DNA of 64,000 nucleotides from Negaprion brevirostris (taxonomy: Eukaryota). The stretch covers positions 66,669,491 to 66,733,490 of the forward strand of contig JARDVH010000132.1 of NCBI GenBank assembly GCA_030324005.1, read 5' to 3'. This document shows, one piece after another, positions 1 to 12,560 of the stretch. The position numbers and the translations under genes are program-made. The notes beneath the pieces were generated by a model. That model saw only the letters and a list, made by a program, of their open reading frames with translations. It was not told the DNA's origin and made no database searches. The number at the start of each line of letters is the position of its first letter. Position 1 is the stretch's first letter.

Positions 1-149
1 CCTCCAGCATAATGAGCAGGAAACATGCACCATTTCTAATAAATTCACCTCGTGGGAAACTAACATCACAATAGATGTTACTTTCCATTGACGACAATGG
101 AGAGTGAAAACAGGCAGGGTATAAAGCACTCAACTCATCTGAACCCATC

Positions 150-441
150 AAAGTTCAAAGTTTATCTATTAGTCACAAGCTGGCTTACATTAACACTGCA
201 ATGAAGTTACCGTGAAAATCCTCTAGTCGCCACACTCTGGCATCTGTTCGGGTACACTGAGAGAGAATTTAGCATGGTCAATGCACCTAATCGACATATC
301 TTTGGACTGTGGGAGGAAACTCAGGCAGACACAGGGACAATGTGCAAAACTCCACACAGACAGTAACCCAAGCCAGGAATCAAACCCAGGTCCCTCGCAC
401 TGTGAAGTAGCAGTGCTAACCACTGAGCCACTGTGCCGCCC
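150..441 (-). mobile_element. tRNA-derived SINE (HE1-like), tail type A
   Basis: Minus strand begins GGGCGGCACAGTGGCTCAGTGGTTAGCACTGCT...GGGTTTGATTCC (A/B-box-like) and ends in an AATAGATAAACTTT tail; homologous to copies at 2127 and 24100. Confidence 0.85.
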
Positions 442-469
442 AGTTTTCCAGCAGGCAAATTTAGTTACC

Positions 470-1100
470 ACATCTTCACTACCTTCATCTAAGTCATTGA
501 TATGAATTGTAAAATGTCGAGAGTCCAACACAGACCCCTGTAGGGCTCCATTCGTTACCTACTGCCACTTAAAAAAAGACCCATTCATGAATACTCTGTC
601 TTCTGCCGACAAGCCAATTTTCCTTCTGTACAGTTATGTTATCCCTCCAGCATGAGCTTTCATTTTCCATAATAACCTTTGATATGGTACTTTATCAAAT
701 GTCTTCTGGAAGTCCAAGTATTGTACATCTACAGACTTCCCTTTATCCACAATGTGTGTTACACCTTCAAAGAGCTCCAGTAAATTTCTCTTTCACAAAA
801 CCATGCCAACTCTTCCTAATTACCTTCAGCTTTTTTCAGTGCCAGGCAATATCCTCCTTAGTGATTGATTCTAACGCCTTTCCCACAACAGATGTCAAGC
901 TCACTGGCCTGGGTTCCCGTCTTTTGCCTCCTTCCCTTGAATAAGGGGTCATATGTGCTTCTTCCAAGTCTGATAGAACCTTTTAAAAATCTAGTAATTT
1001 TTTCAAAATTAACGGCAACACATCTACTATTTCATCTTTTTTAAGACACTAGAATGAAGTCGATCAGGACTCTTATCAGCCCACAGTTGGATCAGTTTGC
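470..1100 (-). mobile_element. Decayed CR1-type LINE RT fragment
   Basis: Motifs typical of reverse-strand CR1 ORF2 (TTATCAAATGTCTTCTGGAAGTCCAAGTA = DFQKxFDK-like; TTCCCACAACAGATGTCAAGCTCACTGGCCT). Confidence 0.65.
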
Positions 1101-2126
1101 TCAGTAGGGTATTATGTAATAATTTGCGAACATCCCCACTTCTAACCTTATAATGAAGGTACATCATTGATGAAGCAGCTGAAAATGGATGGGCCTAAGA
1201 CACTATCTTATTTGTAAAGGGATATCTACTTAGTCAAGTAAATTCTGTGCCATTTTCTAACCTGTTACAAACGATGCATAGAAGATGCCAGGGTGCAATA
1301 ATTCTGGCAAAGGAGATCCCTGCTTCCATTGAATGGTCAACATGATTCAGCATAAATACAGGGAGGGAATTTTTATGTTAACTGGAGCTCTGCTGCTCTG
1401 TGCAACCATCCACCAGTGATAATTGATGTGTGTAAAGAAATTTCTCTGAACAGTTCTCCTTACTCCCTGAATAATTATTTAAAATTGATCTCCTTTTTCA
1501 CTGACATCCAAACCAAATGAAATATTCTTCCCATAATCATTCTGTCAAAAGTCTCACAATTTTAAAAGCTTTTTCTTAAATCACTCCCTTGCCTTCTATG
1601 ATCCACAGAAGAATGTCCCAATATCTCACATCTCTGATCACAACTACAGTTTCCAATCTCTGGTACAATGTACTTACATAGGAACAGAAAAAGGTATACC
1701 TTAAAATGAAAAGGTAATCTACTTAATTAGCAATGCAAAGTTGTCTAAATGACAAGTGCCATAAACAGCAGGAGGTAGAAAAAACTAAGCAGTCTGACAA
1801 GCAGCAGATCGAAATGAATACATTGTAATCTCTTGTGTCAGAGATGCTTCAGACCAAGGCATTTCTGGATTTTGGAATTTTCTGGATTGTAGAATAACGT
1901 TAGAATACCTAACAATAAATCTGTGAACCAGATAAAAACATGTACCTGACGCAGNNNNNNNNNNNNNNNNNNNNNNNNNNNNNNNNNNNNNNNNNNNNNN
2001 NNNNNNNNNNNNNNNNNNNNNNNNNNNNNNNNNNNNNNNNNNNNNNNNNNNNNNNNNNNNNNNNNNNNNNNNNNNNNNNNNNNNNNNNNNNNNNNNNNNN
2101 NNNNNNNNNNNNNNNNNNNNNNNNNA

Positions 2127-2392
2127 GTAGGCTTCCATTAACACTGCAATGAAGTTACTGTGAAAATCCCCACACTCCGGCGCCTGTTCAGGTACACTGA
2201 GGGAGAATTTTAGCAAGACCAATGCACCTAACCTGCACGTCTTTTGAGGGAACCAGGACATCCAAAGGAAACCCATGCAGACATGGGGAGAATGTGCAGT
2301 CTCCTAACAGACAGTGACCCAAGCTGAGAATTGAACCAAGGTTCCTGGTGCTACGAGGCGGCAATGCTAACCACTGTGCTACCGTACTGCCA
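2127..2392 (-). mobile_element. tRNA-derived SINE (HE1-like), tail type A
   Basis: Homologous to 150-441; the tail runs into the N gap. Confidence 0.8.
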
Positions 2393-2759
2393 ATGATTAT
2401 GAAAGATAGTTGCTGAGCATCAAAAGTAAGAGCTATGTTTGGTTGAGAATGCTGTTTGCAGAAATTAGGCTTGGCGATTTGATGGTATACTTGCCAGGAC
2501 CTTCCAAAATTATCAAACATTTTCTGCAACATCATTAGTTTCACGTAATTTGACTGCTGCTACTTTAATTTCTCTTCGATCCTATACACATGATTTATAT
2601 CTTATTGGCTTATAAAACTTTGCTGTTCTAGAAAATGGATGAAGCAGGAGGCCAGATTTATCCCTTCCTCCATTATAATCTTTTCCTCAGGAACATTATC
2701 TTCTTAATCACTGTCCTCATTCCCCACAGATTTAGGATGCAGAATGACCTCTTGATGTC

Positions 2760-3620
2760 TAGATTTGAAATGGTGGACCGTCCAGCAGTCAGCACCACAC
2801 ATGGATTTCATTAGAGACATATCCTATCTGTCCCACTGTCTGGTGATAGCATAGTCAATTAGATGTTGATAGTTAGAATGGGGATGCATCTGAGGCATCT
2901 TGTTGTGATTAGGAAGGCAGAAACTGTGTTGGTGATGAAAAACCCATGTTCACCACACACCTTCAGCAGGAGGAGGCCATTTCTGTTACAACTATCATCC
3001 TCATTTTCCCATGACTGGTGATCTGCACCAGGAACGATGAGCTTGTCTTACTTTGACACAGTAACTATCAAAGAGTCTTCATAGAGTTTATTCTTGACTT
3101 CATCAGAGTTGATTATGTAGGGGCATGCGCATTGATGAGTGATGCTTGCCTGTTGCCACGCAGAGAGAGTTTAAGCGCTACCAGACAATCACTACCAGAA
3201 CAGGTGCCGGAGTGTGGGGATTTTCACAGTAAGTTCATTGCACTGTTAATGTAAGCCTAATTGTGATACTGATAAATAAACTTTAAACTATTGGTGAAAT
3301 AAAGCAGTGGGTGGAATCATCTCAGAAAGACAAGTTGGCATATTGACGAGATAGTTCACAGCAGCGAAGTCAATGCCAGATAGGTCTTGCTGTCTTCCTC
3401 AGGTAGATGAGTCTTGTTGAGGACAACGAGCTAGATATTGTACTTTGACACAACCAGAATAGTTCTTCTCTTAAGTTTATCAGCTGTAGTGTGGTTGATG
3501 AGGCTGCGCATATTCCATGGCCCAGTGTTGACTGGGCTCAGCTTATTCTGAGATTGTCTTATGACTGTGTTGTTAGGATCCCTGCCAGCTGCAGCCTGCT
3601 GTGAGGGATAGGCATGATGT
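2760..3620 (-). mobile_element. Decayed RTE-clade LINE (AP endonuclease region), interrupted by a SINE-tail fragment at ~3197-3289
   Basis: Minus-strand GPWNMRSL...KRRTILVVSKYNI resembles the RTE N-terminus TWNVRTL...ERRTALVA..L..YNI; SLINAHAPT-like motif near 3120-3160. Confidence 0.6.
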
Positions 3621-5529
3621 GACATTAAGATAAGTCAATGATGGATGGTCAAATGGGGATGTGAGGAAGTGCTGAAGCAGACAGATAGGTGCACCTGCAA
3701 AGTGAGTTAACATATGGAGTGATGTGCTGGGGTAGGCTTGGGAAGGCAGTACAAGGTAGAATTGGTGGGCATTTGCAGGCCAAGGGAGGCATCAGTAATG
3801 TGTAATGTTGCCTTGCAATGATATGAATCCATTTCTGCAGATGCTTTCTGCACTGAAACTATAGACTATCCTTTAATTTTCATCCTGAAGCTAGATACAA
3901 ATTCAGTGGCTGTATTAAAAAGCCACTGACAAAGGTACAACTAAAAATTCTAGGTTCCTCCTGGCTGCTGGATGATCCAATGCCAGCGGGCCCAGAAATT
4001 TAAATCAAGTCAATAATAGTAAATCTTCTCCCCATTTACTATTATTGGAAAAGAGATTTTCCAAAATACTTTCCTATTAAGTGAGTAAAAGTAAGCAGAG
4101 CAAGTAATACCCCAGAGATTTACATTTTGTGCGGTGCACATGTATCTTGGTTTGTCTAAAATTCTATAGAATTAACCAACATTTTCACTACATGCAGTAA
4201 GTAGTATTTATTCATCCTTTAGTATTATGTTATCATGTGGGATTACATCACAGTTAAGTGCTACCTGCATTCAGGAGTAACTATAGTCAGAATTTCCCCC
4301 TGCATCACCAGGAAAATCATAACAAGACAGATATTCTGCATGAGCCTTTACCTCCTGAGACTTTCTTGTGAGGATGTGGTAGGCCTGAGGTAAAATAAAT
4401 TGGCCAATATCTTGTTAGCTTTGGCCAGAAAGTTAGTTACCTGGCAAGGCTCAGGCCAGAACCAACTATGTTTAAAATGGGACCTGAATTAAGTTGCAAT
4501 GCAATGGCTATGAAGAATTATCGTCTATTGTTTCAATTTTAAAAAATGGAGTTACTTGCTCTTAAATGTTTCAGTAGTACTGAAGCAACATATCAGTTTT
4601 CAGAAGCATAGCCTGAAAAATCTACATTGTGACATTACTATACAAATATTTAATACACTTTCATCATTGTTATTCTAACTTAAATACCAGCCTGTTTATC
4701 TTAAATGGCTTAATACCTCATGAACATAGTGATTGAAGAATTATATTCAAATGTGATAGGTACACAAAATACAGAACAGTATAGTTTCCTGTTGACTGTT
4801 ATCATTGCAATAAAGTTTGTCAAGTAATTATTTTAATATAGCTTTTGAGAATTGAATGCTATTCATTTGCCCCAGAATTTAGGCACATGGACCATGATTC
4901 ATGGTAGCTGCTAGAGACCAGGAGGATAAGGCACACAATTTGTCTACCCAAATCAACTCCCTGATAGTAGCAGGGCCACGAGTAGACCCCGCACAGCCAT
5001 GGATGCTGTTGTTGTACAGACGCACTGTGCACACTACAGGAGGTTGAGTACATTGCAAAGAAACTAAGTGCACCAAGCAACCCTCCATTTCTAAAAGTGC
5101 AGTCAATGTAAAACAGAAGTTCTAGCAATGCACTACAGGCTGCTGAATAATTATTACTCAGGGACAAGGTTAAGCACATCAGGCAAAGATGAGGCTCCCC
5201 AAATTAATAATGCAGTGCTAAATGAGGAATGTAGAGACTTCAAAGTCAGGAAGATGACCAATGACCGAATTGTCAGTCGATAAGTAATCAGCACTGGATT
5301 GCCACTCTGCTTACCCTAAACTCAAACTGCACATTTCTCACCCAGACATCTGACCTGGTCATGCTGAGAGGCGTGCAACATAGCAGTTCCACGTGCTCCT
5401 TCTGTGCTGTGCAGTAGTGTTGGGGAAAGTGAAACTACCGCCCATTTTGAAGCACCAGCTAATCTGAAACAATAAGCTTTCAGGCACTTCTTCTTCCTAC
5501 TGCTCCTCCTCTTCCAGCTGTCATGCCAG

Positions 5530-5710
5530 TCATAGCTTAGTTTGGTAGCACTCCTCCCTCTGAATGAGAAGATTGTGAATTGAAATCAAATTCCACTCCA
5601 AGTTTTAAGCAAAAGAGTCAAAGCTGACATTCAAATGCAACACCAAGAGAGTTCTGCACTGTCAGAGGGGCTCTCTTTCAATAAAATGTAAAAGCCAAGG
5701 CCCCATCAGA
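5530..5710 (+). mobile_element. Old tRNA/Deu-domain-like SINE (SacSINE1-like)
   Basis: TTGGTAGCACTC...CTGAATGAGAAGATTGTG...CTGCACTGTCAGAGG; similar degraded copies at ~22680-23320 and ~27400-27680. Confidence 0.5.
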
Positions 5711-5729
5711 TATGGGGAGGTTTGTTGAT

Positions 5730-6800
5730 CATTGCACAATCATCAGCACCATTTGCAACTCCTCAGATGTTGATCTACAAATGCAACAGACATGGACAAT
5801 ATCCAGCTTGGGCTGACAATTGAAAAGTCTGCAGAACTCCCTCAAGATAGCGTCTTCGGCCCAATCATTTTCAGCTGCTTCGTCAACGGCCCTCACTCCG
5901 TTATAAGGTCCAAAGTGAGGATGATTGCACAATGTTCAGCACTACTTGTGACTCCTCAGATACTGAAGGAGTTCATGTTCAAATGCAACAAGATCTGGAC
6001 AATATCCAGGCTTGGGCTGACAAGTGGCAAGTAGCAATTGCACCACACAAATGCCAGGCAATGGCCATCACGAATAAGAGACCTCTAACCACTGCTCCTT
6101 GACATTCAGTGGTGTAACTATCTGAATCCCCCACTATCAACATCCTTGGGGTTACCATTGACTAGAAACTCACCTTGACTACCACATAAACACAGCGGCT
6201 ACAAGAACAAGTCAGAAGCTAGGAATACTGTGGTGAATAACTCACCTCCTGACTCGCCAAAGCCTTCCCAAGGCACAAGTTAGGAGTGTGATGGAATACT
6301 CCTCACTTGCATGGATGGTTGTAGCTCCAGCAACACTCACGAAGTTTGACACCATCCAGATCAAAGCAGCCCGCTTGATTGGCACCACATCCACAAACAT
6401 CCACTCCCTCCACCTCCAATGCTCAATGGCAGCAGTGTGCACTGTCTACAAGATACACTGCAGGAATTCACCATAGATCCTTAGACACCACCTTCCAAAC
6501 CCACAACCATTTCCATCAAGAAAGATAAGAGCAACAGATAAGTGGGAACACCACCACCTACAAGTTCCCCTTCATGCTACTCACTATCGTGACATGGAAA
6601 TATATCACCATTCCTTCACAATCACTGGGTCAAAATCCTGGAACTCCCTCTCTAACAGCACTGTGGGTCAACCCACAGTATATGGATTGCAACATTTTTC
6701 ACAAAGGCAGCTCATCACTAGCTTCTCAAGGCCAACTGGGAATGGGCAATAAATGCTGGCCAGCCAGCGATGGCCATGTCCTACAAATGAATAAAAAAGT
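5730..6800 (+). mobile_element. CR1/L2-clade LINE 3' fragment (RT C-terminus and tail)
   Basis: QQDLDNIQAWADKWQ-like reading and MEYSSLAW...KFDTIQIKAARLI; tail GGGCAATAAATGCTGGCCAGCCAGCGA...ATGAATAAAAAA, also seen reversed at ~12848, ~20820, ~22265 and ~25375. Confidence 0.75.
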
Positions 6801-7315
6801 AATGACAAATGTGATCAAGTTAAATCCCACAGAAGCTTAATTGGACTTGTCTAATTACTGTGGCTACAAGAGCAGTTGAGAGGCTGTGAATCCTGTGGTG
6901 AGCAGCTCACCTCCTGACTCCCCAAAGTTATCTATGGGAGGCAGACCCCCTCCACCCCAAGGGACAGACTCCCCAGCAGACCACCCCCACCCTACAGCCC
7001 ACCCTGAACACTGGCCTCCCTCCAGCCCTGACCAATCCCAGTGCAGAGTGGCAGCAACAGCCCCCCACACCCACCAATTCCCCCTAGGCCCTGCCCACAA
7101 TAGGCCTTCTTGACCTGCTGTACTTCACATGGTGGGTCATGGTGACTGCCCTTCATATCAAGGATTGTGGCATCAAGGACCCCTAGCAAAACTGAAGTTA
7201 ACAGGAGTCAAGAGGAAAATTGGTTGCAGTCATACCTGGCATAGAGGAAGAGGGTTGTGGCATTAATAACAATGCTATTAGGGCGGGTGTTCTACGATTT
7301 GATCTTATGTCAGTG

Positions 7316-7650
7316 AAGGAACAATGATAAATTCCCGAGTCAGGATGGTGTGTGGCTTGGAGAGAACTTCCCGGTGGAGGTGTTCCCATGCATCTGCTGC
7401 CTTCATCCCTAAAGATATTAGAAGCCATGTGTTTTGAAGATGCTGTCTAAGGCGGCTAGGTGATTTCCTTTAGTGCATCTTGTCAAGGTACACACTGCCG
7501 CCATACTACATCAATGCTGGAGGAGGCAAATAGTTGTAGAAAGATAACCACCAATTGAAATGATTTGACCTGGATGGTGTCAAGCTTCTTGAGGGTTGTT
7601 GGAGTTGTACTCATCCAGGCAAATGGAGAGTCTTCAATCACAAAGCTGAC
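7316..7650 (-). mobile_element. Fragment of the same LINE family as 5730-6800
   Basis: Reverse-complement similarity to 6290-6630 (GGTGTTCCCA, GGATGGTGTCAAGCTTC). Confidence 0.65.
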
Positions 7651-8004
7651 TTATTATCTGGTTCAAAATGAATTCTAACTGCTTCTACTTTTCAGTGTTG
7701 AAAACACTATGGTTGCTTAGCAACAGCTTAGTTTTTGTTAAAGCCTGTAATTGCCTTTATGTTGTAAATCCTTAATTACAATGTAAGCAAAGTTTAAACT
7801 GAAACTAAAAGCCATAGATTTACCAACATCCGTGTTTAACATAAAGCCACACTAAATTTTTAACCCATTTTTAGCACACAAATATAGAAACTTATTTAAG
7901 CTTGAACATAGGCTTTATTCCTAACCCACACAATACAAATATAAACAACTTAAAAGATTTCTATTTCCTAACAATCAAGAGCACAAATACAAAATAATTG
8001 CCAA

Positions 8005-8260
8005 AAAGAGTAAAAGCAATGTGAGGAAAAATGTTTTTACCCATAGTATGAATGGGAGTGTGGAATGAACTTCTTGAGGGGGTTATGGAGGTAGCTTCAA
8101 TCAAAGTATTCAAAAGGGAATTGGGTTGTTATTTGAAAAGAATGTGCAAGTTTATAATGATAAGGCAGGGCAGTGAGATTTAGCAGAATTTTCTTTCAGA
8201 GAATCGGTGTTGACTCGATAGGCTGACTGGACTCCTGCATGGCAAAGATTCTGTGATTCT
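8005..8260 (+). mobile_element. CR1 LINE 3' end fragment
   Basis: GTGAGGAAAAATGTTTTTAC...TGGAAT...TTCAAAAGGGAATTGG, ending in a GATTCTGTGATTCT tail. Confidence 0.6.
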
Positions 8261-8959
8261 GTATCAGAAACAGAGGGACAGATCTTCCTGTTTAACACTT
8301 GAAAATAAAACTTCACTTGAATGTAGCATAAGAATGAAAATAGGACAAGGTGTATCACACACTCATGACAGAGTCTAGTTCATTTTTCATTCATTCAAAT
8401 TAATAGCTAGGCATCTCAGTGTAAAACAGTATTGGTGTGATCCAATTTCTAGACCCATAGTTTCAGTCTTACCAATTTTGAATGGAAGTTGTTGCTACTA
8501 CAAGGCTTGGATTCTGTTAAGCTGTCAGAGCTGGTCCAGGATTCATAGATGGTGGGAAATTTGTGGATATCACCAAGGCATGTCATGTAGATGAAAACAA
8601 AATAAATGGGTTTTGGAGGGAGCTTTTGGATATTCCCAAGATCATTGTACTGGAATAGGGGAATGAAACCATTGCAGGAAACAAAGGAGTTATTCATGGA
8701 GGAAACACAAAGTCACAAGAAGTGAAGAAGGCTGAGAATGGATATAGGGGCAATGATTGAATGGTTTTGAAGGGGAGTAATGGGAGAAATGGGCATGAAG
8801 TTAGGTGGCAATGACACATTCAAGGACTTTGAGAAGGAAAGGAACATTGGAAATAGAGCAATAATTGGAGTTGGTGGAATGATGGATGGTATTTAGCAAG
8901 GAGAAGGTCGATACAAGGTATCTTGACTCAGAATCTGAGAAGACAAAGCTATTGACAAT

Positions 8960-10222
8960 ATCAATGCCAATTGACGTGAGCACTTCAAAGTACCGCAAGC
9001 CCAAGGATAACCTCACTTCTCCAGCTTCCACCCTAAACACATTAAAGAAGCCATCCCCTCTGGGCAAGCCCTCTGTATACACAGGATCTGCTCAGATGAG
9101 GAGGATCATAACAGACAGCTACAGATGCTGAAAGATGCCCTTGTAAGAATAGGGTATGGCGCTCCGCTCATTGATCAACGGTTCCGAAACGCCAACAGTG
9201 AAAAACCGCACAGGCCTCTTCAGAAGACAAATACGGGACACGGTCGACAGAGTACCCTTCGTCATCCAGTATTTCCCTGGAGCGGAAAAGCTACGACATG
9301 TTCTCTGGAGCTTTTAACATGTCATCGATGAAGATGAACATCTCACCAGGGCCATCCCCACACCCCTACTTCTTGCCTTCAACCAATTGAACAACTTAAA
9401 ACAGTCTGCAGCAAATACCCAGCCTTCAAGACAACAGTCACCATGACACCACACAACCCTGCCACAGCAACCTCTGCAAGACGTGCTGGATCATCGACAT
9501 GGATGCCATCATCTCACGTGAGAACACCATCCACCAGGTACACGGTACATACTCTTGCAACTTGGCCAACGTTGTCTACCTGNNNNNNNNNNNNNNNNNN
9601 NNNNNNNNNNNNNNNNNNNNNNNNNNNNNNNNNNNNNNNNNNNNNNNNNNNNNNNNNNNNNNNNNNNNNNNNNNNNNNNNNNNNNNNNNNNNNNNNNNNN
9701 NNNNNNNNNNNNNNNNNNNNNNNNNNNNNNNNNNNNNNNNNNNNNNNNNNNNNNNNNNNNNNNNNNNNNNNNNNNNNNNNNNNNNNNNNNNNNNNNNNNN
9801 NNNNNNNNNNNNNNNNNNNNNNNNNNNNNNNNNNNNNNNNNNNNNNNNNNNNNNNNNNNNNNNNNNNNNNNNNNNNNNNNNNNNNNNNNNNNNNNNNNNN
9901 NNNNNNNNNNNNNNNNNNNNNNNNNNNNNNNNNNNNNNNNNNNNNNNNNNNNNNNNNNNNNNNNNNNNNNNNNNNNNNNNNNNNNNNNNNNNNNNNNNNN
10001 NNNNNNNNNNNNNGTAAAGACTTGCATTCCAACCATTATTTTGTAAATTGAGTTTGTGTTTTTAAATGCCCTGTTTGTGAGTAGAACTCCCCCTCACCTG
10101 ATGAAGGGGCAGTGCTCTGAAAGCTAGTGCTTACGCTACCAAATAAACCTGTTGGACCTTAACTTGGTTTTGTGAGACTTCTTATTGTGTTTACCCAGTC
10201 CAACGCCGGCATCTCCACATCA
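8960..10222 (+). mobile_element. Penelope-like retroelement fragment (RT C-terminus, GIY-YIG start, terminal repeat region)
   Basis: Frameshifted HPKHIKEAIP..GQAL.IHRICSDEE, LKDALVRIGY, CxxC and YSCNLANVVYL motifs typical of Penelope; N gap 9583-10013; hammerhead motif in the 3' part. Confidence 0.8.
10095..10129 (+). ncRNA. Minimal type I hammerhead ribozyme motif (Penelope-associated)
   Basis: CAC-CUGAUGA-A-GGGGC/agu/GCUCU-GAA-AGCU-A-GUG: core boxes, stem II, palindromic AGCU stem III, and a CAC/GUG stem I. Confidence 0.65.
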
Positions 10223-10429
10223 TTCAACTTGTATGCCATTAACTCAGTTCTGGGAGACTCAAGGATGAACAGATTCGCCTAGATTGCTGGGATTTATGAT
10301 TGCTCTCAGACAGCTTTATGTGTCCCAAATGTAAACGAACCTCAATGACCTTTATTCCATAAATGGACAACTGTTTTGAAACATCATGCAAACATTCTCA
10401 CGTGTGAATTTACAACATGCTGGTAGCTA

Positions 10430-11230
10430 CCATCGTGATTTAATACATTCTTTAAAATGAAAAAAATGCTTCAACGGTGTATTACAAAACAAAATTTGAC
10501 ACTGAGCAATATAAGGAGATAGTAGGCAAAATGAACAAAAACTTGGTCTAAGGGATTATTTTAATGAGTTTATCAAAAATAGGTTGAGAGGCAGAGAGGT
10601 TTAGTGAGAGAATTCTAGAACTTAGGGCCCAGGCACTTAAAAGCATGTCTACCAATAGTGGGGTGATTAAAATTGGGGATGTTCATGAAGCCAGAATTAT
10701 TGAATTACTGGTATCTCAGAGGATTGTGGAGCTGGAGACCGTGGGGAGTTTGAAAACAAGGACAAATTTCCAAATCAGTGTGTTGCTTAACTAGGAGGCA
10801 AAGGCAGTCAGCAAACATAGGAATGTACAGGACCTACTGTGCATTAGGACACAAGTAACAAAAATTTGGATGATCTCAAGTTTCTGGAGAATAGAACATG
10901 GAAGGCGAACCGGGGGGTGTTTGAGTGGTCAAGTCTAGGGGTAGTAAAAACGTGAGTGAGGGTTTCAGAGTAGATGAGCTGAGGCAAGGATAGAGTTGGA
11001 CAATATTACAAAGAGGAAAATAAATTGCAGTAATGATGGTGTGCACTTGGGGTCAGAAACATGTCTCAGGGTCAAATATGATGCCAAGGTTACAGGCAGT
11101 TAGGTTCAGCCACAGAAAGTTGCTAGGGGAGGGATAAATTTGGTGTTTGGAAAGCAGAGATCATGGTAGTGATCAGGCACAGGGGTAATAGTTAATTTGA
11201 GGAAATTTCCATTTATCCGTTACTCATCCA
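10430..11230 (-). mobile_element. Decayed L2-like LINE 3' region (similar material at ~8450-8940)
   Basis: Purine-rich degraded repeat with CAAAATTTGACACTGAGC...AGAGAATTCTAGAACTTAGGGCCCAGGCA, typical of reversed L2 3' ends. Confidence 0.45.
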
Positions 11231-11815
11231 GGTTAAGGGATATTGTCTAGCATTCTCTTGCAAATTGTGGTATCATGTAGTGTGCTTCGTTACTTTGCAA
11301 TCAGAGAAGGATGATGGTAACTGGTCAATGATAAGACTGTTGATAAGGAACTGAATACAGATGTGTTAGTAACAATTGTTGTGCTGTTGAGACTGACTTG
11401 TTCAGCACACATTCAGAAAAGAACAGATATTATTACTTGGAGAATGCAGCCCATAAAGGATTTGCCTCCTCTCAGAAACTTGTCTATGGCTTTTATGGTG
11501 CCAATTTTTCTTTACATGAGAGATAGAACAAAGAACAAAGAACAGCCCAGCACGGGAAACAGGCCCTTCGGCCAAATGAGCCCGCTCCGCCGCATCCTCC
11601 TACACCTACCCTGCCCTGTGTGTATGTGAGTGGAACCCCTAAGCCAGATTGAGGGAGAATAGTGTCAATTTGATATACCAATCAGCCTAAGAGCACATCT
11701 TTGGGCTGTGGGAGGNNNNNNNNNNNNNNNNNNNNNNNNNNNNNNNNNNNNNNNNNNNNNNNNNNNNNNNNNNNNNNNNNNNNNNNNNNNNNNNNNNNNN
11801 NNNNNNNNNNNNNNN

Positions 11816-11925
11816 AGCAATTTCATCTTTCACCTCCCTAAGCAGCCTGGGATAAATACCATCAGGCCCCAGAGCTTTATCCGTTTTTATGCAACCTAAA
11901 AACCTTAGCACTTCCTCCCTCATAA
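11816..11925 (-). mobile_element. CR1 LINE RT fragment
   Basis: Translates to EEVLRFLGCIKTDKALGPDGIYPRLLREVKDEIA (KSPGPDG motif). Confidence 0.85.
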
Positions 11926-12464
11926 TGGATCATGTGGTCTTTATAGCCAGTTTCTTCAATGCCCGTTCATTCATTTGTAAAGATATAGGACCAGGCTCCT
12001 TGTGCACCTATAGTGATCAAACAGCTTACTGAAATGTCCTCTCAGTGTTGAGCAGCTCTGCAACAAGACCCAGTCCCATTGATTCCAAGGGACTCATGAT
12101 ATTACAATGCAACTTAGCACTATTGACATCCCTAGAACTCATGTATCACTGCAGCAGAGGGCTCAGGTGGGTTTAAGAACAATACAGACAAGTACAATGG
12201 GTAAACTCAGAGATAAGGGATTTTATTTTTCTGTAAGCATTACGTACACGACACAATTACTATTTTGTTGGATTCTTGGATTGGAGTGCCCACAAACCAG
12301 TGGAAGAGCAGATCTGATACTATCAGTTAGGTTTTACAGATGTCGATATTATCTTGAAGATTTCAGAGATTACTTTCCAGTGTTTTTTTCAACAATCCTC
12401 CAGTAGTGAATGTATTCACTGTCAAGGGATTGACTGGTCAGGGAAGACTGATGCAAAGGTCAAA

Positions 12465-12560
12465 AAGGAAAATACTGGAAATACTCAGCAGGTCTGGTAT
12501 TATCTGTGGAGAGAGAAACCGAGTTAACATTTCAGGCTGAGACCTGTCATCAGAAATCGC
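12465..12560 (-). mobile_element. Short Penelope-derived repeat with degenerate hammerhead motif
   Basis: Minus strand TTCTGATGACAGGTCTCAGCCTGAAATGTTAACTC...CCAGACCTGCTGAGTATTTCCAG; related copies at ~18180-18240, ~27785-27895 and ~61435-61530. Confidence 0.55.

Noticed and set aside
6864-7113. Pro-rich and Gly/Trp-rich ORFs, possible G-quadruplex
   Set aside because: Low-complexity C-rich repeat debris; no Gly-X-Y frame, splice context or recognisable domain.
9443-10051. Longest ORFs in the track (160-200 aa)
   Set aside because: Mostly X from N gaps; the same applies to ORFs at 26622, 29043 and 51782.
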